From Heptranchias perlo (lineage: Eukaryota): a DNA stretch of 64,000 bases. The stretch spans positions 1,426,001-1,490,000 of the forward strand of contig NC_090361.1 in assembly GCF_035084215.1 (NCBI RefSeq). The letters are read 5' to 3'. Below are positions 1 to 13,660 of the stretch, one piece after another. Under the pieces are notes generated by a model. That model saw only the letters and a list, made by a program, of their open reading frames with translations, made no database searches and was not told where the DNA came from. Numbering within the stretch: position 1 is the stretch's first letter; each line of letters begins with the position of its first letter. The translations under genes and the position numbers were made by a program.

Positions 1-1520
1 CCTGTCCTTCCTAAATATTGAATACCCCTGGATGTTCAGTTCCCATCCTTGGTCACCCTGCAGCCATGTCTCCACAATCGTAACTATATCATAACCGTTA
101 ATATCTATCTGCGCTGTTAATTCATCTAGCTTATTGCGAATGCTCCGCGCATTAAGACACAATGCCTTTAGACTTGTCTTTTTAAGATTGCTAGTCGTCA
201 TAGTTTTATTTTGCACTATGGCCCTATTTGTTTTTCACCCTTGTTTTCTCTGCCTTCCACTATTGCTTCCCTTTCTGTCTTTTGTTTCTATCCTTGTTTC
301 CCCCTCCTCTGTCTCCCTGCTCAGGTTCCCATCCCCCTGCCACTCTAGTTTAAACCTTCCCCAACAGCACTAGCAAACACCCCCGCGAGGACATCAGTCC
401 CGGTCCTGCTCGGGTGTAACCCATCCCGCTTGTACAGGTCTCACCTTCCCCAGAACCGATCCCAATGTCCCAGGAATCTAAATCCCTCCCTCCTACACCA
501 TCCCTGCAGCCATGCATTCATCTGGTCTATTCTCCTGTTCCTATACTTACTAGCACGTGGCACTGGTAGTAATCCTGAGATCACTACCTTTGAGGTCCTG
601 CTTTTTAATTTATCTCCTAACTCGTTAAATTCACCTTGCAGGACCTCATCCCTTTTTTTAAACCTATGTCGTTGGTACCAATATGGACCACGACTACTGG
701 CTGTTCACCCTCCCCCTCCAGAATGCCCTGCAGCCGCTCTGTGACATCCTTGACCCTAGCACCAGGGAGGCAACATACCATCCTGGAGTCACGTTTGGAG
801 CCGCAGAAACGCCTATCTGTTCCCCTTACAATTGAATCCCCTATCACTATAGCCCTGCCACTCTTATCCCTTTCCTCCCATGCAGCTGAGCCACCCGTGG
901 TGCCACGGACTTGGCTCTTGCTGCTTTCCCCAATAAGCCATCTCCCTCAACAGTATCCAAAGCAGTATATCTGTTTGAGAGGGAGATGGCCCCAGGGGAC
1001 TCCTGCTCTACCTGCCTAGTCCTTTTACTCTGCCTGGCGGTCACCCATTTCCTTTCTGCCTGCGTAATCTTTACCTGCAGTGTGACCACCTCACTGAACA
1101 TGCTACCCACGATAATCTCAGCATCGCGGATGCTCCACAGTGAATTCACCCACAGCTCCAGCTCCGAAATGCGGTTAGCCAGTAGCTGCAGCTGGACACA
1201 CTTCCTGCACACATGGTCGCCAGGGACACCTGTAGTGTCCATGACTTCCCACATAGTGCAGGAGGAGCATATCACGGGTGCGAGCTCTGCTGCCATGACT
1301 TGCCTTAGATTTACACTGCGTTCACCTCTCAGATTCTCCTCCCGCTCTCAGTCTCTCCTGCCTCACCTGTGACGTCGCAAGTAGTTCTCTCTTGTTGCAG
1401 GTCTGCTGCTGCTTTTATCCCCACTCTCAGTCTTCTGCTGCTCAGGTCCACTGCCACTCTGCGGAAAAAGTTAGGAAAAGCAAAACAAAGCAGCACCTCC
1501 TTCCCCCACTTCATCGAACT
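1..1520 (-). mobile_element. 5' portion of a CR1-type LINE (5'UTR, frameshifted ORF1, start of ORF2 endonuclease), antisense in a TNPO2 intron
   Basis: Minus ORF 847-1296 has CxxC...CxxC plus heptad leucines. ORF 617-847 has SGNH esterase motifs (GDSIVRG, HIGTNDI) typical of CR1 ORF1p. The minus strand of 1-180 reads LKALCLNARSIRNKLDEL...ETWLQ...IQGYSIFRKDR, an APE endonuclease N-terminus. The 5' boundary is approximate. Confidence 0.85.
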
Positions 1521-1814
1521 CCCACACTCACCAAACTCTCAGTTAACCACTTGGTGCTCCGTTGCACTCAGTCAGTGCCTGTGGGACTGTAGCCAGCCAG
1601 GAGTCCAGGCACAGTTCCAGGCATTCTCCACAGGCGTTTTGGGTTAATGTACTATGTTGCTCCAACAGTTGCAGCTCCTGTCGTATTGATATAAATATGG
1701 AAGCCTGGTTTAAGCAGATTCTGTACATGGGTGGGCCTCGTAGGTCCAGTGCTCGGAGGGAAACCAGTCAGTGTACAAGGTAACAGATTAAAACTGACCA
1801 TTTGTTTGTTGTAG

Positions 1815-3259
<1,445 letters not shown>

Positions 3260-3766
3260 CTGAAATTAAGGGACACAATGTCAGGTAGGAATCCTGAGAC
3301 CCGAGCTGACTTAAGGGTAGGGTCTGACTGAGCAGTGAGGGCAGGCATTTCTCCCACTCTCCCCCAGCAGCAGCGTCTCTCTGACCCGCTTGCTAGGTGG
3401 GTGTGTTGCTGTGCGATTGGGGTGTGGTTGATGGAAGCTGATTCCTTGTTCACTGGCCTTGGGATGGTAAGTGGAGTCTTCTCTCAAAAAGGGGATTTGA
3501 AATAAAATCCTTGTCCCTCCTCCAATCCTACTTCACTGCAGAAAGCAATCCTGTGCCTGGCACTGGTTTGCTTCGGCAGATCCTGTACTGGGACGGATTC
3601 AATGCGTTGCCAAGATGTGTTTTTGGGTGGGGTGGGGGCAGGTATTGTGCAGCTTCATTGACCATTTGGATCCTTGTGATTGCATTTTATTTTTATTACG
3701 CTTTATTTACTAATTTCTGAAATGCTCTGGATAAATACTAAAGTCTGTCTCTCTTTCTTTTGTCAG

Positions 3767-6700
3767 GTTTCTGTTGCTGGGAGGGCTACTGGGAAATCAT
3801 CCACATCTAGGAGTTGCACTGCCCTGTCAATGGGGGGTTAGGGTGGAGTTGGTGGGACTAAAAACATGCCCCCTTTCTCCGAAAATGCTGGGGGAAAAAC
3901 AGCCTCTAAACCAGAGCAAACTGGATTAATTAGGCAGAAAGATCTTGTATGCCTTCTCTGCGAAGAGGCTGTCTGCCACTACACACGGGACTATCCAAAG
4001 ATCCCAGGGTCAAATCTCTCAGTTGGACAACTCGGGAGGGGGCAAAAAGTGTGGGAAATTTAGGAAAAAAATTTAAAATATAGGCAAGCTTAGTGAAGAA
4101 TTCCAAAAGATTAATAAAATCGGCTAGGTTCGAACGGCCTTGTCCGTCTAAATTTGGGACAACACAAGTCTGATGCTTGTGCTGTGGTTTAAGAGTAGAA
4201 GTTTTTTTAAAAAAAAACTTTTTTTTTAACACATATTAAAACTAGAAAGCATACCAAACTTTGTATTGTCGCATAGATACCCCAGCAGTCATCAAAAAAA
4301 GAGTCACTGTTTAAAGCTAGACTGCATGGTGGTGAGCTGTAATAGTCTAGTGATCTCTGAATAGAGCGTAATGAATCGTAATGTGTGTGTAGATCAAGGC
4401 TTCACTTTCTTTTCCGATGGGTTGTAACGAATCGTTCCAATGCGGAGTGACGCTCGGCCTTCTGCTCCCCTGGCAAGGCCGGAAGCGGGCGGGAGAGATC
4501 GTCGCGAGGCCAGTGTGAAAGCCTATACCTTGATGCTGTAACGAAGCACGTTGTACTGTCATGCTCTGGCAATGCCCTGTTAAACAATGAACTGTTCGGG
4601 TTTGTTCCTAATTATTTTTTGTGATAATGTGCTGCTGCATCCTCTTGTCTTCATATCTTTTTTTAAAAAAGTGTAAATTGAAATGGCAAGTGTTCAAAAA
4701 GAGAAAAACACAAACCTTTTTTTAAAAAGCCTCTTGGTTGCACTTGTGACCTTTTTAGATGTTGGATAGTTAGCTCCATGTTCCTGAACTGAACAACTTG
4801 ACCCAGGTGTGTTGTTAGAGAAGACTGGTGGCAGAGTGTTGCCCTGGACAGACTAGGAACTGACTGATGTGTAGCCGCTACATTGGAGGGGGAGGGGAGA
4901 AGCATGTCTGGGTAACCAGTGACAACAGCTGTGCCCTCTGGGGGGGGATACTCGCTGTGGTGTCGCTTTTGGTCAGCTGGGATTCTATGTTCCCAGGTTG
5001 GACCCTTTCCATTAGAATTTTTGGCAATTTGCTTCCAATCTTGGCTAATTGGTATTAAACGCAGCGATTTCACATTGGACGTGCCCGTCCGCTCTTTGTT
5101 AACTTGCCGTCACCAGAATGGTTCAGATGGTTTACTTTTTGTTTCCCGCTATTTTGATCACCCTTGTGGCAACTTCCCCAATCCAGAACCTGCAGACTGA
5201 TGGCGAAGCCAATGGACTGAGCTCTGTGTCCACACTCGTGTAACCATGGGAGTGGCCCTGAGCCCCAGTTGGGGGTGACTGTGGAGTGGGGAGCAGTGTT
5301 AACTGGTAGCTCCCAGCACTCGTTGCAGCAACGTACCCATCACCCTTCACACAACCTGGCAGCCATGTCACCTCGTGTCCGTGACCAACTGGAGTGGTTA
5401 TTGAAGCAGCTTCGAATCGAATTCTGTTCCCGATCAGATGCACCTGTGTAATTCTTAAAATGGTTTTCTGTGCCGTGATTCTTTAACCTTGTTTTTAAAT
5501 AGGATATCTCCCCTCCACATCCATTCCGTGAGGCCCACAGGCTGCCAGTGTCTCACCTGTTTTGTGTGCGCTGTGACAGTCTACGTGCTGTTCAGCTGTG
5601 AGGTGTTGACACTGAGCCTCATCCTGTACCTGACTGATATCCCCCCCACCAACACACACCCTTACTTTCCAACCAGACTCACTGGATCACTTAATACAGA
5701 CCAGGGACTGAACCTCAGACTGAGTCGGCCTGTGTGAATCGTTGCCACAAGTTACCCATTCAACCTTTTCAGTGCCACATCTGTATCTGTGCCACATCTG
5801 TATCCATGCCCACCGGCCCTGTTCTCACACAGCATCTTCTCCCCTCCCTCGTGAAATGTGTTTGGAAAATTCTTTTGAATTGTTTTTAACAATTGAGTGA
5901 GAAATTCTATTGATGCAAGGATTCACTGGATGTTCCAAATCCATCGCTGCATTGGCAGGGAAGGCGAGGTCTTCGGTGACTCTTTCCAGTGATAGTCTTG
6001 GGGTCGCTTAACAGGCTGGGGGTGTCAGGTGAGGTTTGCCTTCGCCTCTGATCTGTTGGGTTCCAGCAGAATTCCAGTCCTGGTGTGTTTAATGAGATGA
6101 GAACGCTGGTCTGGGGGTGCGAAGAATATGCTTTTGGTGCTGTAAGTGAGGGCTGGACGCAGGGTACTGTTTGTGGCTCTTAGTGCATTCCACAACTGCA
6201 CACGGGCATTAGGTGAGGTAGCTGATCGTGTTAAACCTTCCGTGTACGAAAGGGCCTGGTGCAGGCAAGATGGGCTTGTTCCTAGTCGCAGGTGGGGATT
6301 GAGCTGGAATATTGAGCCAGTGACCACCACTGGTGTTCAGTCAGTCCAAATGCTCGGTGCAGCTCACTAACTGTTGAGTGTTATGTTTCCTTGCCCATCT
6401 GACCCCAAAAAGTGGGGATTTCATTCCTTTGTTTATTTTTAGCCTTGAGGGACCTCAATCATTTATTTTCAGTTAACACTTCTTGTGTTTGAGCTTTCTA
6501 CAAACATTCCCAGAACAACAACACCTTCCCCTTAAAATAAGATGTTTCTCGGATGTTTTAATTGTTTGATGGAGCAGCATGTGGTGTCTGTGGCTTGGAT
6601 GGTGCTGGCAGTTAGTGCCACCTGGCTGCTCTAACAGACCCTGGCACTGCCTGTGGGGGAATCTGCACCACTGCCACCAGACTGGAGTGACTGGGCCCAC

Positions 6701-9400
6701 TGGGAAAGGAGTGGGATTTTATAGCCAGCTGATGGGTGTGAAATTCCCTTTGGAGGAAGTGAAGGATCTGCCCTCCTCTCTGAAGGGACCCCCAAATCAA
6801 GATCATTTGTGAACAGTCACCAAAGGTGGGATGGTGTCCTTTTTCTGTGTGGGTTCCAGCGAGTCCTGATGAATCCTGTGCTTGGAGTTCCTGCCAGTAG
6901 ATTGTGTGTTAAGTGTGAGTCTGTGTTTTAATTTATTAATGTTTGTGTTTAGCTGTGGCTCCTCACAGCAGCAGCACTGAGGTGAGAGTGAGTATTGGAG
7001 ATGAATGAATCTGTTAGCGAGTTCATGGTGCTCCTCGAAACGGTCGTCTTTATCTGGCTGTACCTGGGACTGACCGGCCGCTTTGGTGCTTGTGGACTGT
7101 GAATGTTCCAATGCTCAATGTTGTGCAGACCTTCCTAAACCCTAAATATCATTCATAGAAGTAAATGGCAGTGTATCTTTGTCATGCTGATGTAATCAAA
7201 ATGTAGCCTGAGTATACCACTGGCGGATGCAGGATGGGAGGGGGTGATGGGGCAAAGGACCGATATCGGGCTGCTGTGTTTTAACCAAGTGACCCGGGTT
7301 TTAATACACTTTTGCCTCTGTCTCTTCAATGCCGTTTCTGTAGGAGAGGGAGCACCCAAGAAAAGTAAAATCTCTTTACCAGGAGCTCGTTGGCTGAAAG
7401 GTATCTTTCAATTGGTTAAGTTTACCTTGATGTCATGGTGCCACAAGCAGTTGGAAATGGGGCAAAGAGAAGGTGGGGCCCCTCTCCATGGATCCACAGA
7501 GTAGTCATTTTTCCCTGGGAGGGCAGGGTCTCATCTGGGTACAACGCATCTTTTACAGGGATGTTACAGATGTGTTTACTTGCAAGAAAATTCCATTGTA
7601 CCATTAACATTTTTACAAAAAAAAGGGGGAGACCAGTTGAAAAATCTTGTACGGATTTGGATTCTGGGTCCTCTCTCGCTCTGTCAGCCCTAAGCCGACT
7701 TGTTATGTTCTGCTTACCGACCTTGCTGGGTCCTGGTCTGACCAACATGACTGTTCTGCGAGCTCAGGCATTCTCTGATTTGGGGGTGGGGGGAGTCCCC
7801 AATTTCTGTGCACCTCCTGGCTGCAGGTCCCAGTGGTCCTGTCCACAGATGGTGGACCCCATGTGTAGAGTTTGTGCTCAGCGGAGATTTGACTGGGCGC
7901 ATTCTTTGGTTATCCAGTTGTGATGGGCCCTTGACACCTGTGGGCTTTTGCTTGGTGAGGAGTACTGCAGGGGGCGGGGACATGCCAGTGTTAGTGTCAC
8001 TGCGTACTGTGCTAACGATTTATCACAAACGCTAATCGCAGTGACTTTAAAAGATTGTTTTCCTAGATTTATTTTTATTTTTGTCATTAGTAAATTGAAG
8101 TTCCCAGTTTACAGTCAGTAGAAAACTAACCATATTTAACTGTTGACTGTTTTTAACTGGCCTGATTAGGAGGAGTATTTTTGAGAGTTTGAGTTTACAG
8201 AGTAGTGTGTGCGGAGGAGGAACACTGTCTCTTTAAACTGTGAAAATTGGTGCAGACAAAGGGACCATCTGAGAAGGGGTCACAGCCTGTGGCGGTGCCA
8301 TGCCAGCCACACTCTTACCACCTCCCGTCTCTATTCAAGTGGAAACACTTAGTGCCTGATCCGTACCTCGCTGCTGTTGTGGCAACCCAACCTCCTGGGA
8401 AAATCCGAGCAGGGGAACTTTGTTTAAATGCACCACTCCTTCTAAAGCTGTTTACAGACTCTGGTCCTGGGAAGATGCCAACTGGTAATTGGGTGCAGTA
8501 TCGAGAGGGAAGTTGTTCTGTGTTTGAATAAATATCTTCTCTGTACAAAGAATTCTGGAGATTGCAGCCCACAGCTGTCTGGGGAGAGGGAGAGGCCAGA
8601 ACAAAACTAGCAGAGTTTTGCCTGAACAGAAGAGCCCCCGTGTGGCCTACGTGAGCCCGAGTGCCCAAAGACGTGCCCTTCTGTTGGGTGGCTGCTGCTT
8701 TGGGGGATGTTGTGTTTCTCGGACGCTCTCATTGCCGAACTGTTTATGACTTAATGAACTGTGTCCCCTCCCCTCCCTCCCTCGAGCTCCTGTGCCAGTG
8801 TTGTGCTGTTGTCGCCTTTTACTTTGAGTTGTATATTTGTAAATGTGCGGTGTTTCCTGTGATTTGATCAGTGTAATGCCGGCCGCTTGCACCTTTGCTG
8901 AACTGAGATTTTTTTTCTCATTTTTATGTATAAATTTGTTTTTCTTTTTTTCTTACGGACTAAAATCAGTTTCTCGTGACTCTAGTTTGGGTCTGTCTTG
9001 TGGTTTTTCTTGTTCCTATTGTATCGTGAAGGGTAATGATATCAATGTGGCTCGAGGGTCCAATCTTTCTCTATGACCAGGGTTCAGCTGCACTGACCAC
9101 AGGTCACGGAGAGGGCTGGGGCCATGGTCAGGCTTCAGGAACATAGGCGGTGAGAAGCTGAACCTCAGGCACTGATCGGGACCTAGGAGCAGGTCGGTCT
9201 GACTAAAGAATAATGGTGAGCAGAGAGGGGGAATGTTATATCTGCTCTCACTCTGTGGGGCTACAGCCCAATGGTATTGGGATTTTCCAACTGTAAACCC
9301 TGCATTCTGCCCTCGCAGCACTTAGTGACTCAAACTGATGTAGAGCTGCAGTGATATCTGTACACAGCCTCTAAACAGGGCGATCTAAGGAAAATAAATC
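3767..9400 (+). other. TNPO2: TNPO2 terminal non-coding exon (long 3'UTR); 3' end uncertain
   Basis: Donor CAG|gtagga after 3284 and acceptor ctctttcttttgtcag| before 3767. Candidate AATAAA at about 8527 and 9393. TGTAAATA plus TATAAA near 10183-10195 could mark a further end. No LINE or tandem array in this stretch. Confidence 0.6.
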
Positions 9401-9449
9401 TCTTGGTGTCTGTGCTTCACAATCGATGAATTGCAGGTATTATCTGGGT

Positions 9450-9745
9450 AAAGACTTCTACCAATTTGCACCCAGCAGGATTCCACAAACAGCAAATGAA
9501 TATGTGGGCAATTCATTTTTTTTGGTGCTGTTCAGTGAGAGCTGAATGCTGTACAAGACACTGGTGGAACTCCCTCCTTTATACAAATAGTGTCATCGGG
9601 CCTGGATCACTGGAACAGGCCCATAGGGCCTCACTTTAACATCTCATCTGAAGGACAGCTCAAAGGGCTTGCAATCCTCACACAAGAGCTTAAAGCTATA
9701 GCCTCCTTAGAGAGAGAGTGCTACCAACTGAGCCAAGCTGACACT
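9450..9745 (-). mobile_element. Diverged SacSINE1-like SINE
   Basis: Reverse complement aligns by eye with the SINE at 28493-29165, with tRNA-like head ggctcagttggtagcactctc near 9715-9735. Confidence 0.55.
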
Positions 9746-10881
9746 CCCGTTTGAAGTATCCTTCGTTTCCAGTAATTGGGGGTGATCAACTGAAACAGCT
9801 GGGCTTTTGGTATGAGCTGTGTGTGGGGGGCAGTGATTTGATTTAATATCCAGGAAATGGAGTACTGACGTGACTTAAGTGTAAAATTGGCGAGTTTCTA
9901 AGATGTCAGTGCTTGGAATCACTGACCTGTGGGATTAAGTACAGGCTATGACCCTGGTGTCTGATCACCCCCTAACACCCAATTATAGAGCAACATTGCC
10001 ACAGACATGTAGGAGGGCCTGGGATTCAGCTGGACCAAATATCAAATTTAAGTCTATGAATCACTTAGTTTCCTTTCACACTGTTCACTCCACTTATAGA
10101 TGCCAGGAAACCCTCCGGAAATGACCATTTCATGTTCTATTGTACTCCAGACCCCACCCGGCCCTGACTATTATACAAGAGCTGTAAATATAAACCTTGC
10201 ACACAGGCTGTAAAGCGCTTTATTTAATGTGTTTTGTCAGGTGTCTGACATGGAAATCCATTACCATGTTGAGTCTCCAAACACAAACCCATAGGATTTA
10301 TTGTCCCCAGTAGAGAGTACACACGCTCTGCAGGACACACCCCGCTTACCAAGTTCAGAGAACTTAGAGGCAGATTGGCAGGGCCTGAGGCTCAGGACCT
10401 CTGCGGTGCTAGTTGCATACAGTGGTAGTTTAACCAGCTAAAACCACACTGCCTACCAGCACAGAGCACCACTAACCTTTCTCCTTGTCTGGCTCCCTGT
10501 TTGGACATGTCTTGCATCGCGTCTATAGCTGACCCTTTCCACACTTCATGCGTTAGTGAGCCAGGCTGGTCCATCAGTGCCCCAGAGTACTGGGGCCTGT
10601 CTGCTCTCGGATCAGGCACTAGTTGGTTCGGTTACAGTCAGCGCCCCCACTGTAGAGGCCACACATCTCCCTCCTCTTCACAAGATAACGGAAAACTAGT
10701 GGTTTCTATCTGAATTGGAGTTGTGGCTGGGCTGACGCTCCGTTGTCCTAATCAGGCCGTGTGTGTAAATGAAGTGTCTCCTATGGTACTGAGTCCTACA
10801 GACCATGTTCAAAGGTCTCTGCTTTGACCTCACTGGGCTGCCCAGTGGGGTTGGCAGTATTCCATTATACTGGTGCCTATT

Positions 10882-12620
10882 TAAATCATAAAAATTTACG
10901 GCACAGGAGGCCATTTGACCCATGGTGTCAGCGCCAGCCGACAAAGAACCATCCAGCCTAATCCCACTTTCCAGCTCTTGGTCTGTAGCCTTGTAGGTTA
11001 CGGCACTTCAAGTGCACGTCCAGGTACTTTTTAAATGAATTGAGGGTTTCTGCCTCAACCACCCTTTCAGGCAGCGAGTTCCAGACCCCCACCACCCTCT
11101 GGTTCCCCTCTAATCCTTCTACCAATTTCTTTAAATCTATGCCCCCTGGTTATTGACCCCTCTGCTAAGGGAAACAGGTCCTTCCTAGTCACTCTAGGCC
11201 CTCATAATTTTGTACACTTCAATTAAATCTCCCCTCCACCTCCTCTGTTCCAGTCCTCCAGATATAAAGGCCAGCATTCCATTAGCCTTCTTGATTATTT
11301 TCTGCACCTGTTCATGACACTTCAATGATCTATGTACCTGAACCCCAAAGTCCCTTTGGACATCCACTGTTTTTAACTTTTTACCATTTAGAAATTACCC
11401 TGTTCTATCCTTTTTTGATCCAAAGTGGATGACCTCACATTTGTCTACATTGAATTCCATTTGCCACAGTTTTGCCCATTCACCTAATCTATCAATATCG
11501 CTTTGTAATTTTATGTTTTCATCTACACTGCTTACAATGCAACCAATCTTTGTGTCATCAGCAAACTTAGATTTGAGACTTTCTATGCCTTCATCTAAGT
11601 CGTTAATAAATAGTGAATAATTGAGGCCCCAAGACAGATCCCTGCAGGACTCCACTAGTCACATCCTGCCAATGTGAGTACCTACCCATTATCCCTACTC
11701 TCTGTTGTCTTTCGCTCAGCCAACTTCCTAACCAAGTCCGTACTTTTCCCTCGATTCCATGGGCTTCTATCTTAGCTAACAGTCTCTTATGTGGGACCTT
11801 ATCAAATGCCTTCTGGAAGTCCATATAAATAACATCCATTGACATTCCCCTGTCCACTACTTTAGTCACCTCTTCTTCGACAGCACCTCCCAAACCCACG
11901 ATCTCTACCACCTAGAAGGACAAGGGCAGTAGACACATGGGAACAACACCACCTGCATGTTCCCCTCCAAGTCTCACACCATCCCGACTTGGAAATATAT
12001 CGCCGTTCCTTCATCGTCGCTGGGTCAAAATCCTGAAACTCCCTAACAGCACTGTGGGAGAACCTTCACCACACGGACTGCAGCGGTTCAATGAAGGCAG
12101 CTCACCACCACCTTCTCAAGGGCAATTAGGGATGGGCAATAGATGCCGGCCTCGCCAGCGACGTCCACATCCCATGAACAAATGTTTAAAAACTCAGTAA
12201 AATTGGCCTTTCCCCAATTGAGAACTTTTACTCCTGTTCTATCTTTGTCCTTTTCCATAACTATGCTAAATCTAACTGAATTATGATCACTACCAGCAAA
12301 ATGCTCTCCCACTGATACTCCTTCCACCTGCCCGGCTTCATTCCCTAAAACTAAGTCTAGAACTGCCCGCCCTCTTGTTGAGCTTGCTATGTACTGGCTA
12401 AAAAAAGTTCTCCTGAATGTATTTTAAGAATTCTACACCCTCTATACCTTTTACACTGATTGTATCGCAGTTAATATTAGGGTAGTTGAAATCCCCTACT
12501 ATTACTGCCCTATTGTTTTTGCACTTCAGAAATTTACCTACATATTTGCTCTTCTATCTCCCTCTGACTGGCGGTCTAGAGTATACTTCCAGCTCCATTT
12601 CTCCTTTCCACTTCTTGGGT
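10882..12620 (-). mobile_element. Fragmented CR1 LINE (3' tail, RT, endonuclease pieces) containing a nested insertion
   Basis: ORFs 11395-11655 (SKFADDTK) and 11603-11911 ([18 protein letters not shown]), and 12088-12327 (SDHNSVRF). Internally deleted. Confidence 0.85.
11873..12190 (+). mobile_element. 3' fragment of the LINE family seen at 32800-35903, nested in CR1
   Basis: Near-identical to 35580-35903 (cagcacctcccaaaccc...cccacatcccatgaa plus A-rich tail). Confidence 0.85.
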
Positions 12621-13439
12621 AAGGAAGGATTTCTGGCGTCGAGTTCAACTGAAGTTGGGAATGAGAATATCCCTGAGCTGCGCTCCCACACCCAGTGCCA
12701 GTGTTAATAGAGGTCCATGCCCCATGAGTAGGCCTAAGCACAAGGGAGGGGGGGAATTTTTTAAACAGCATTCTAAGGAGTAAAAATAACCATAATTGAT
12801 TAGACAATTGGAAGTGGGACATTCTCTCCATCCTGCTGCTTGTGGCAAACTGGTCCAAGGAGAAGATTTTCACTGATTTTTCAGTTTTTTTTCTTACCCC
12901 ACTGACCAGCTGCAGAGAATCGGTCCATTTAGCATTGCTCACGGCACTGAGAAAGTCCAACACTTTCCCTCCCCACTATCTCCCCTCCACGGCTGTAGCT
13001 GCTACCTGTCGCTGGAGAACTGGCCCCCTGGGTATTGGCTGCTCCCCTGGTGCTGGGGTCTGTGGGTATTGGCTGCTCCTCATGTGGCCATTCTATGTGA
13101 GCCGTTTCAGGCCACTGACTTATGAAAGGTCATGGAGCCTCTAATGATTGGTTTCAGTGTGGAGGGCTGGGCTGGGATGCCTGCCAGGCTGATCAATGGG
13201 ATACTCACCCCACTGGCTCAGTGGGTAAATGTACTATAAAGTACGATGCTCAGTCCATGAACAATGGGCTTCCTTTCAATCGAGCTGGGGTGGTGGTTGA
13301 AACTGTGACCTTGGGGTTAGGGAAGGGGACATCGGTCAAGGTTCCTGCTCACCACCGGGTCACTCCTGCTGTTGCCTGAGGGAGAATTGGACCTGGATGT
13401 GTCTCTCTCTCCTCCACCAGCTACTGAAGTACTTTTAAA

Positions 13440-13660
13440 GTTTAATCACTGTTGTAATACAGGGAAATGTAGCAGCCAATCTGCACACAACAAACTCCCA
13501 CAAACACAGACAAATGACCAGATAATCTGATTTTAGTGACGTCGGTCCCAGGACACCGGGGAGAACGCCCGTGCTCGTTGAATAGTGTCCCGGGATATTT
13601 TACATCGACCTGAGAGCCGGGGCCTCGGTTTAACATCTCAACCAAAAGACCGACCCTCCG
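13440..13660 (-). mobile_element. SacSINE1-like SINE body
   Basis: Reverse complement of the SINE body at 28880-29100; runs directly into the 33-bp array. Confidence 0.75.

Noticed and set aside
10638-10662. CTCF site between TNPO2 and FBXW9
   Set aside because: Only the GCGCCCCC half matches the consensus; insufficient support.
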